DNA of 64,000 nt from Bryobacterales bacterium (GCA_965237575.1 CBDEGI010000004.1:3669963-3733962); one strand, 5' to 3'; shown: positions 1 to 8,781, counted from the first letter of the stretch. Notes: generated by a model not told the origin, from the letters alone. Made by a program: numbers and translations.

Positions 1-1039
1 CGGGTTCGAGCAGGCGCTTGAGGTTGAAGAAGTGCTGTCCGGCGAGGACTTCGGTCGGCGCCATGATCGCCGTTTGATAACCGTTCTCGATGGCGATCAC
101 CCCGGCCTCGACGGCGACAATCGTCTTGCCGCTGCCGACGTCGCCTTGCAACAGGCGGTTCATCGGAGCGGGCTGCGACATGTCGGTCGCGATTTCTTTG
201 AGTACGCGCTTCTGGGCGGCCGTAGGCTTGAACGGGAGGATTTGCTTGATCTTCTCGCGGGCACGGTCGTTCAACGCGAAGGCGATTCCATCGACCGCAC
301 GGGCCTTGCGGCGCTTGAGCGCCAGGCCGCATTCGAGGTAGAAGAACTCTTCGAAGATCAGGCGGTATTGCGGTGCGGTGCGAAAGTTGTTGAGCGCGCG
401 GATGCCGTTGCCCTTGGGCGGGAAGTGCGTTTCGCGCAAGGCCTGGCGGCGCTCGGGCAGGCCGAGGCGGCGGCGGATTTCCTCCGGCAGCGGGTCGTCG
501 AGTTGGGAGACGCCTTCGAGGCAACGAGAGACCAGAGAGCGAATCACGCGCGTGGTGATCTTCCCCATCCCTTGATAGACCGGCACGATCCGGCCCAGGT
601 GCAGGTGCGCTTCGGTGTCGTCGGGGCGGAGAATTTCGTACTCGGGATGCACCATCGACAACTCCGACGCATAGGCGTTCCACTCGACTTTGCCGTAGAG
701 CGCGACGCGCTGCCCGCGCTCGAAGATTGACTGCAGATAACCGCCGCGAAACCACTTGCCCACCAGCACGCCGCCCGAGTCGTCGCGCACGCGGATCTCG
801 AACATGCGGAGCTGACTGGTGCGCGGGCGGAACAGTTGCGTGCCGAAGACCTCGCCGACCACCGTCGCTGTCTCGCCCGCTTCGAGCGCGGCGGTCGACT
901 TGACGTTGCCGCGGTCCTCGTAGCGGAACGGCATGTAGTAAAGCAGGTCCTCGATGGTAACCAACCCTTTGGAGGCGAACGTCCGGGCGCGTTGCTGGCC
1001 GATGCCCGCGACGGCTTCGAGGGGTGTGTCGAGGTCCAT
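1..1039 (-). CDS. recG: ATP-dependent DNA helicase RecG, N-terminal part (3' end leaves the window)
   Basis: This minus frame is absent from the ORF track because it has no stop in the window. My translation from the ATG at 1039-1037 gives MDLDTPLEAVAGIGQQRARTFASKGLVTIEDLLYYMPFRYEDRG (wedge region). Walker A MNRLLQGDVGSGKTIVAVEAG lies at about 163-100. Confidence 0.85.
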   Translation of the reverse strand, partial: MDLDTPLEAVAGIGQQRARTFASKGLVTIEDLLYYMPFRYEDRGNVKSTAALEAGETATVVGEVFGTQLFRPRTSQLRMFEIRVRDDSGGVLVGKWFRGGYLQSIFERGQRVALYGKVEWNAYASELSMVHPEYEILRPDDTEAHLHLGRIVPVYQGMGKITTRVIRSLVSRCLEGVSQLDDPLPEEIRRRLGLPERRQALRETHFPPKGNGIRALNNFRTAPQYRLIFEEFFYLECGLALKRRKARAVDGIAFALNDRAREKIKQILPFKPTAAQKRVLKEIATDMSQPAPMNRLLQGDVGSGKTIVAVEAGVIAIENGYQTAIMAPTEVLAGQHFFNLKRLLEP

Positions 1040-1123
1040 GAGGGTGTCGAGGCCGGCCGGCTTCGTCCGGACCGCTGGACTCTCCAGTGTGCCACGGGAA
1101 ACTGTAACGGGCAGGATCGTCCC

Positions 1124-1270
1124 AAATCCGTACGTAAGGATTCTCACGATCGCCTGATGCCCGGCCCGTTGCAACCGCGCCCTCGACCACAACCGAGCCG
1201 CGGACGGAAGTCCGCGGTTCCCCCTCCGGCGCAACCTGACGCATCCAACGACGGGAGCGAACGGGGTCGA
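1124..1270. repeat. Composite intergenic repeat, copy 1: near-palindromic 18-mer AATCCGTACGTAAGGATT plus a module of about 120 nt with a GGAA-capped hairpin at 1198-1217
   Basis: Aligns by eye to 8860-8991, where the module is in inverse orientation. The hairpin is CCGCGGAC-GGAA-GTCCGCGG. Confidence 0.6.
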
Positions 1271-1515
1271 GAAGTGGCTGAAGCCGGCAGGGGAAGGACG
1301 TTAAAACGCCCTAAAGGGTGTGGCAGTGCCCGCGTAAACCGGCCGTAAACGACCGGCCTACAAGCGCTTCGCGTGGAAGTCGCCTGAAGGCGACTGCGTT
1401 CGGTACCGACGCATCCCTTAAGGCGGACCAAGGCGGAAAACGGAGACGCTGCAAGGACGCGCAACCATAACGAAAATCGGTGGTGGAGGCCGCGGATCGG
1501 CGGGCGCGCTCGCCG

Positions 1516-2946
<1,431 letters not shown>

Positions 2947-3031
2947 GGGGGCCAACCCCTGCTGCCCAACATTGTAGACCAAGACAGGCTTGGTGCTGCC
3001 AAGGATCGCAGCCACCGATCATATCAACGAT

Positions 3032-3322
3032 TCAGAAACCGGGGTCTTTTCGCGCCCCGTGCCAAATGTGGAGAACCCTAACGAGCCCTCGCTCGCTGTC
3101 CACTTCGTAGTAGATCGGGTACGGAGTGTGGATGAGTAGCCTGACCTGCTGGTCGCGTCGTACGGACGCTCCCCGCATCGGAAAGCTTCTCAAGGTCTCA
3201 ATGTGGTCGAGAAGTGCGCCACCCACCCGCTCGGCAGCAATGGGGTTGTCATCCGCGATGCATCCCAGGATGGATTGAAGGTCGGCTATCGCTTCTTCGG
3301 TGAGGACGACGCTGAAATCCAC
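3032..3322 (-). CDS. parE: ParE/RelE-family type II toxin
   Basis: 96 aa: MDFSVVLTEEAIADLQSILGCIADDNP...LLIHTPYPIYYEV...VRVLHIWHGAR. Size and motifs are typical of ParE. Confidence 0.8.
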   Translation of the reverse strand: MDFSVVLTEEAIADLQSILGCIADDNPIAAERVGGALLDHIETLRSFPMRGASVRRDQQVRLLIHTPYPIYYEVDSERGLVRVLHIWHGARKDPGF

Positions 3323-3468
3323 TGCGGCAGCCTCTTGCGCACGTCTTCCAACGGTTGCATACGACCTGCGGTCGAGTCGTCCCGGCCGCGCTGGATCGCC
3401 GCCAGCGTTTCAGCATCCTCCTCGCCGATGCCGGGGCGTGGGGATTCAGCCTTTTCGGCTTCGCTCAT
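3286..3468 (-). CDS. Putative ParD/CopG-like antitoxin (short)
   Basis: C-terminal 60 codons of ORF 3286..3828, starting at the ATG at 3468: MSEAEKAESPRPGIGEEDAETLAAIQRGRDDSTAGRMQPLEDVRKRL. It sits directly upstream of parE and overlaps it by 37 nt. The start is uncertain. Confidence 0.5.
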   Translation of the reverse strand: MSEAEKAESPRPGIGEEDAETLAAIQRGRDDSTAGRMQPLEDVRKRLPQWISASSSPKKR

Positions 3469-3636
3469 AACCTCAGGATAGCTCAAGACAGACGGGCCAC
3501 GGTGAATCGAATCGCTGACGAGACCCGGGCTGGGCCTCTTGACAGCCTCGTGGGAGATCAACTGCGACAAGGTGTCAGTTATGATTGGGTGCGGCGTTGT
3601 GACGGAGAGAAGATCGGTGATTAGTGGAGCCATGCC

Positions 3637-4131
3637 ATGACAGACGGTGAATTCAAGTCGTATATAGAGGATCGCTACCAGCACCAGGTCGACTGGTATG
3701 ACCGCAAGGCAGGAGTTAACCAGGCGATCTATAACCGGATGCAGTGGGCCATTATCATCCTGGCGGCGGTGACCCCGGTCCTTGTGGTGTTTGTGCTCGA
3801 CAAAGATCTGCCAACGGGACTGGACCACCTGCCGGCCATCACGTCAGCCGCCGTGGCCATCTTGACGGCTGCGCTGAAGACATTCAAGTACCAAGAAAAC
3901 TGGATCAGCTACCTCACGACGTGCGAGACTCTTCGCAAGGAAAAGCACTTTCTCGATGCGAACCTGGGTGACTACCACGGAGGTTCAGAGGAGAGTAAAA
4001 GAGCGACCTTTGTCGAGCGAGTCGAGAGCCTGATTTCACGAGAAAATACCGTATGGCTAACGACCCAGAAGACCGGAGGGCGGGCCAAGCCAGAGGAAGA
4101 TCAGCCGACCGGGAAGGCGGTGGAGGGTTGA
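3637..4131 (+). CDS. SLATT / DUF4231 family 2-TM protein
   Basis: 164 aa. Motifs: YIEDRYQHQVDWYDRKAGVNQAIYNRMQW, two hydrophobic helices, KTFKYQENWISYLTTCETLRKEKHF and FVERVESLISRENTVW, all as I remember DUF4231. GGAG lies 8 nt upstream of the ATG. Confidence 0.75.
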   Translation: MTDGEFKSYIEDRYQHQVDWYDRKAGVNQAIYNRMQWAIIILAAVTPVLVVFVLDKDLPTGLDHLPAITSAAVAILTAALKTFKYQENWISYLTTCETLRKEKHFLDANLGDYHGGSEESKRATFVERVESLISRENTVWLTTQKTGGRAKPEEDQPTGKAVEG

Positions 4132-4340
4132 TCTAGGGAAGCACGCAACGGACTGTTCAGAAGCCAGGACATTAGCGGTCCGCGACGGCCAGACCTCTGG
4201 CAAGATCGAGTCACCACATCAAAAGAGATGTCTTCATGCACTCCGCGCCCGGACCAAGCTCGGCGTCATCCGCCTCGCTCAGGCCACGCCCCGGGGCGGA
4301 CAACTCCTACGAGCAGGGTGGGCTGTCTCACAGCCGTCCT

Positions 4341-5714
4341 TCAGTTCGCAGCCAACACTTCGATTACCTCTTTGACAACGACATCCGCGTCGGACCGCGG
4401 ATCTTGCGCGCTGAGAAGACGGTGATGCAAGCGACCTTTGAGCTTCGGATGTGGCGCTGATCGGCCATTGGCCATGAACGGAAGGATTTTCACCTTGTTA
4501 CCACGCCTAAGTATCTCGTCCATCTCGTCGATGCAGTTCTCTGATGTCTCGTAACCTTCGGTCAGCAGCACGACGAAGTGCGTCGTCTTACTAAGCTGTT
4601 CGTTGAGTTCCCTCTTCCACTGTGCTCCACTGACATTTACGGTGTGGTACTCGTAGAGGTTGACGCCCTGTTGGCGAAGCGATTCGACGATGTTCTCAAC
4701 GAGCGCGCGGTGTGGTGGTTTGAGAGTGTGGCTGATAAAGACGAAGCATTTCGAGTAGCGCTTGGACTGGAGATACCGGCGAGCCTCTTCCCCGGCAAGG
4801 GCGGGACTGATTCTGAACATGGCGTTAGCCCGTGGCTCAATTAATTCGCGAAGCTCAATCCGATTGTTCCACCGCACAATGTCGTGCTGGTAGCCACCCG
4901 GGTGGCCCTGGAGGAGCCAAGGCAGTTCGGAATCGCCGCTTATCATGCGGATCGTAGGAACGCCCAGCCCGTGCGCAAGAGCGCAAATCTGGCGGCTCAC
5001 TAGGTCCTCCCTGCTCAGGTCCGCGATCACCAAGCCAGTGGAATGAAGAATCCGAAACACTTCGGTGTTGCTAAGATTTACGTCGCCCGATAGAACCCGC
5101 TCGTATCCAGCGTTGCCGAGGACGGTCTGCAGTAGGTCACCCAACTGGGAGGATTCAGGCCTATCGCGAGAGATTAGGCTCAGAGCCATGTTGGATGGCT
5201 CGTAGCTCATCGGCCTCAGGTGCTCAACGGCCCATTCCACCCACTGCCTGATGTTTGGCGCTATGAATGTGCGCCAGTTCCTTCTCTCTGGTAGTGGGTC
5301 GTCGACACCTCGGTCGAAAGGAATGTACACCTCACGCAGTCCCGACCTTGGTGGTGACCGAAATCGCGTTCCGCGCTCATAAAGGACAAAGCGCGGGATG
5401 TTAAGACGCTCCGCCAAACGGATTTCGAACAGGCTATAGGGCGAGCATCGTATGGATGCATCACCCGGGCCTTCTCCGGTGGCAGAATCACGCTCCGCTA
5501 GCACACACAGGAACAGATCACTGCGTCGCAGCAGCTCCTCGATGCGATTGATGTAGTAAGGCGGGTCGGCGCCAGGTTCCTCTGGCACGTCGACGAGGAG
5601 TTCGCTGGACTGGGCAATCTCCTCGCAGACCGAGAGATTCAATTCGACATCATGCGGTCGCCAACTATGGCTGAAGTAGACAGCGTATTTGTCAGCCTCT
5701 CTAGTATCCGTCAT
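4341..5714 (-). CDS. Multi-domain TIR protein (TIR-like / NDT-like Rossmann / TIR)
   Basis: Last 457 codons of ORF 4341..6143. The ATG at 5714-5712 overlaps the upstream stop as ATGA. Motifs: KYAVYFSHSW...SPYSLFEIRLA (aa 9-115), GLVIADLSREDLVSRQICALAHGLGVPTI (aa 175-265), and KCFVFISHT...VVLLTEGYETSENCIDEMDEIL (aa 322-415). Confidence 0.75.
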   Translation of the reverse strand: MTDTREADKYAVYFSHSWRPHDVELNLSVCEEIAQSSELLVDVPEEPGADPPYYINRIEELLRRSDLFLCVLAERDSATGEGPGDASIRCSPYSLFEIRLAERLNIPRFVLYERGTRFRSPPRSGLREVYIPFDRGVDDPLPERRNWRTFIAPNIRQWVEWAVEHLRPMSYEPSNMALSLISRDRPESSQLGDLLQTVLGNAGYERVLSGDVNLSNTEVFRILHSTGLVIADLSREDLVSRQICALAHGLGVPTIRMISGDSELPWLLQGHPGGYQHDIVRWNNRIELRELIEPRANAMFRISPALAGEEARRYLQSKRYSKCFVFISHTLKPPHRALVENIVESLRQQGVNLYEYHTVNVSGAQWKRELNEQLSKTTHFVVLLTEGYETSENCIDEMDEILRRGNKVKILPFMANGRSAPHPKLKGRLHHRLLSAQDPRSDADVVVKEVIEVLAAN

Positions 5715-6808
5715 GACCGCTGATTCGGGTCGACTGCCCTTAGATCGACCACATCGGAGGAAATGAGTTTTCGGAAAACCGCGTCGAGTGTCAGGCCTGC
5801 GATGAAGCCGACAGCCACACCGAACGGTACCAACCGACTGGCCTGCCTGACCAACTCGGCCTGGGAGACGATGGAGATTTGTGCCGTAATGAATAGCAAG
5901 CCCGCGACACCCCCTGCTATCAGGCCGAGTGCGGCGGTTGTAATCGTCGATCGGGATGTTAGGGGCATGGCTCCCTGGTGGAGGTCGAACACGAGTCGGA
6001 TGGTTGAGCCGGAGACGCCAGCCAGTGATGGAGAAAAGAAGAGCAACCAGAGAGCGCCCGACAAGTCTAAGCTCGAGCCCCAGGCGAGCGGGACACAGAT
6101 CATCGCCAGCAAGAACAAAACAACTGCCACGATTGCATGCCACTTGATCGATGTCTCCGCGCGGAGTTCTTCCAGCCGTCGTTGCTGCTCCTCATCAGCT
6201 GGCCGTGAAAGCTGATTCGTTAGGGTCTGGACAACCTCGTCGGCAAGATCAGATGACCAAGGCCGCCCCATCAGCGAAATCTCGTCCGCGCTGGGCAGGT
6301 CTCTTCCGGGCTGGAGGGCCTCCCAGACTTTGGCCGCCTCGCCGCCGAACGCTGCGAGAGCTACGATCGCCATTCGGTGCCCCATGGCGACGACACCGGC
6401 GATCATAGTCGAGTCCCCCCCGCCGAGAAGCAGAATCCCGTCTACTTCGCTTAGCGAATGGTAGAAGGATATCTCCCAGTCCAGGCTACGGTCAGGTCGC
6501 CAATCGAAAACCTGTTCGTGCGTCTGCTGCTCCCGAAACGCGGGTTTCTGGCCATGAAGAGGGTAGCGAACCTGAATGGAACGCGGCTTCGCCACCTGGC
6601 TGTCGATGTACCCTTCCACAATCGGAACCTCCAGAAAGTCGGCGCCACTTGAGTAAACAAGTATTCGAAATCCGGATTTCGCCAGTGCGCGCCCGAGATC
6701 CTTGGCGGCGACAGAGGCCTCGGTTGAGGTTTTCAAGTTCCCCACGATTGCGACGACGGGGGCCTCTGACTGGCGTAAGGTGGACACCCCCGAATTGTAC
6801 ACCAGCAT
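5711..6808 (-). CDS. SLOG/LOG-like Rossmann domain fused to a 4-TM C-terminal module
   Basis: 365 aa. N-terminal half: PVVAIVGN...LGRALAKSGFRILVYSSG...VDGILLLGGGDSTMIAGVVAMGHRMAIVALAAFGGEAA. Four hydrophobic helices lie at about aa 222-243, 250-272, 287-310 and 325-345. Confidence 0.7.
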   Translation of the reverse strand: MLVYNSGVSTLRQSEAPVVAIVGNLKTSTEASVAAKDLGRALAKSGFRILVYSSGADFLEVPIVEGYIDSQVAKPRSIQVRYPLHGQKPAFREQQTHEQVFDWRPDRSLDWEISFYHSLSEVDGILLLGGGDSTMIAGVVAMGHRMAIVALAAFGGEAAKVWEALQPGRDLPSADEISLMGRPWSSDLADEVVQTLTNQLSRPADEEQQRRLEELRAETSIKWHAIVAVVLFLLAMICVPLAWGSSLDLSGALWLLFFSPSLAGVSGSTIRLVFDLHQGAMPLTSRSTITTAALGLIAGGVAGLLFITAQISIVSQAELVRQASRLVPFGVAVGFIAGLTLDAVFRKLISSDVVDLRAVDPNQRS

Positions 6809-7136
6809 CTACAGAATGCCGAGGACTTACCCCGTTAGTGCTCCGAAACGAATCCTTTGCCCGAACGCCGTCAGGGCCCGTCGGCCTGGGGGGAACAGTC
6901 GCTGTTTCACTCTCGTCCCGGTCGCGCAAGGATCACACCCTCATTTACGCCGCGCGATCGCCTAACCCGGCTATCATTCGTATAGTCGGTCCGATCGTAG
7001 CGAACAGCCATGATCCGACTGGCCTTACGTACCCTTGACCTGGCGCAGGCCTGACAGACGAGTATCCGGAACGACCCAATCCAAAGCACTCATTCGGTCC
7101 GTGCGGCTCCCCTCGCAACGGCATCAGTAGAGCCCA

Positions 7137-7460
7137 ATGATCCCCAAAGAGCTGGGCAAGAAGATCCGCTTCATCCAGATCTACACCAGCAAGGCCGTGA
7201 ACGACGTGCTTGCCGGGGAGTACCACAGCGTGTTCAAAGGCCGCGGGATGGAGTTCGACGAGGTGCGCGAGTACACGCCGGGCGACGAGATCCGCACTAT
7301 CGACTGGAAGGTCACCGCCCGCGTCGGACACCCCTACGTCAAGCGCTACGTAGAGGAGCGCGAGCTGACGGTGATGTTCGTTGCCGACCTCTCTGCCTCG
7401 GGTACGTTCGGCAGCACCGAAAAGCGTAAGAACGAAGTCGCGGCGGAGTTGTGCGAAGGA
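7137..7460 (+). pseudogene. DUF58 (MoxR-associated, vWA-like) protein, N-terminal fragment of about 105 aa
   Basis: GEYHSVFKGRGMEFDEVREYTPGDEIRTIDWKVTARVGHPYVKRYVEERELTVMFVADLSASGTFGS. Family-like sequence ends at about 7455. Full-length DUF58 proteins are about 300 aa. Confidence 0.7.
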
Positions 7461-7464
7461 AGGC

Positions 7465-7686
7465 TTCGGGTTCATGCGCATCTACTCCGATCCAGCCGAC
7501 GCCGAGCCGTTTGATTACGCCGACGCGGTCGAGGACGGCGACACGGTCATGATCCCGCGTAGCTATCACCCGGTGGTGGCGTTTCCCGCCTACACGTTGA
7601 ACTACACCTGGATCCTGGCGGGCGAAGGGCGGACGTACGGCGCCTGGGCCGATGACCCCCGCTACGCCAGGATCAAGGAGGGGTAA
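7465..7686 (+). pseudogene. KduI/IolB-family (5-deoxy-glucuronate isomerase-like) C-terminal fragment
   Basis: RIYSDPADAEPFDYADAVEDGDTVMIPRSYHPVVAFPAYTLNYTWILAGEGRTYGAWADDPRYARI. Only the last 70 or so residues of the family are present, in a different frame from the DUF58 fragment. Confidence 0.5.
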
Positions 7687-7695
7687 GCGCTTGTC

Positions 7696-8724
7696 TCACT
7701 CCCCAGGCACTCGGGTACGGTCGTGGGGCTCGAGCTGCAGCCGCCACTCGAGCGGAACTTCTTCGGGCAGATAGCAGAGCTTGTCGTCACAGGCCTGATA
7801 GCGGAAGGAGCCTTCGATGACGACTTCGCCGAGCTCGTTGGTGAGCGCCGCGAGATCATCGGCCTTGCCGAGCAACACGTCGGCCATCAGCCGGAACGAG
7901 CCGTTGTAGACGGGCACAATCTCCTGAATCGCGGGCAAGTGCAGCAGCTCCGAGTCCGGGTAAGCGGGAGGGAAGGGCCGTAGGCCGGCCGCGTCGCTGA
8001 TGACCCACTCGCTGGGGATATAGCCTTCTACGCCCGGGGCATACACATGCATCTTCGGATTCAGGTGTACGTCGAGAACTAGCGCCACGCGGTTCTCCGC
8101 GCGTACGACTTCATCGCTCGCCCAGGTGCTGAGGCGCAGATGATTCGTCGCGTGCTCGGATCGCGTCGCTGCCGACTCGCCTTGCAACTCGCGCACGAGG
8201 ATATTGCCGGCCGTGAGCCGGTCGGCCGGGTCCTGTTCGAGAAACTTGGCCGTGACTTGACCCTGTGCGTCAATCAACAGGCGGCACGCCTGGGCGACGC
8301 CGTAGAAGCGATGCGCGGCCGGGACCGCTTCGTTGAGCAACCCGAACGCGCGGATCGTTTTCGAATCGGGATCGGAGAGCAACGGGTAGGTGATGTCGGC
8401 GCGCTCGGCGAAGTGGCGGAGGACATCGGCCGAGTCGAACGTGACCGCGGCAACGTGGATGCCCTCTTGCTCGAAGTTCTCTCGCTGCCGCTCAAGTTGA
8501 ACGAGCTGGTCTTTGCAGTAGATGCACCAGTCGGCCGAGCGTTGGAAGACCAGCAGCAGTCCTCGCGGACCACGTAGGGATTCGAACGTCTGTGGGTTGC
8601 CCTGCTGGTTTGCGAGCTCGAACGGCGGGATGCGCGTGCCGACGTCGGGACCCACGGGCTCGGCGTGTGCCGGCCGCGCGAGCAGGAGAGTCGATAACAC
8701 CGCGCTGAGGATGAAGGTTCGCAA
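7696..8724 (-). CDS. Secreted peroxiredoxin/redoxin (AhpC-TSA) fused to a DsbD N-terminal-like domain
   Basis: Signal peptide MRTFILSAVLSTLLLARPAHA, redoxin motif LLVFQRSADWCIYCKDQ, and C-terminal FRYQACDDKLCYLPEEV typical of the DsbD alpha domain. Confidence 0.8.
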   Translation of the reverse strand: MRTFILSAVLSTLLLARPAHAEPVGPDVGTRIPPFELANQQGNPQTFESLRGPRGLLLVFQRSADWCIYCKDQLVQLERQRENFEQEGIHVAAVTFDSADVLRHFAERADITYPLLSDPDSKTIRAFGLLNEAVPAAHRFYGVAQACRLLIDAQGQVTAKFLEQDPADRLTAGNILVRELQGESAATRSEHATNHLRLSTWASDEVVRAENRVALVLDVHLNPKMHVYAPGVEGYIPSEWVISDAAGLRPFPPAYPDSELLHLPAIQEIVPVYNGSFRLMADVLLGKADDLAALTNELGEVVIEGSFRYQACDDKLCYLPEEVPLEWRLQLEPHDRTRVPGE

Positions 8725-8781
8725 GGCTGCCCGGGTCTCGAGAGGTCACTGCTCAGCCCTTAGGTTAGCGGAGTGAGGAGT

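Noticed and set aside
32-730. 232-aa plus-strand ORF, with nested ORFs at 90..341 and 378..575
   Set aside because: It lies antisense to a clear RecG reading frame (Walker A GDVGSGKT on the minus strand). This is a typical high-GC shadow ORF with Arg/Ala/Gly-rich composition.
3469-3828. N-terminal two thirds of the 180-aa ORF 3286..3828
   Set aside because: It would run through the divergent promoter region and overlap the SLATT start, and it has no family-like motifs. Only the last 60 or so codons are plausibly an antitoxin.
5715-6143. N-terminal 143 aa of the 600-aa ORF 4341..6143
   Set aside because: This part overlaps the SLOG-4TM gene in another frame and looks non-protein-like (Arg/Cys/Gly-rich). 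The ATG at 5714 with the ATGA overlap gives a sensible TIR-domain start.
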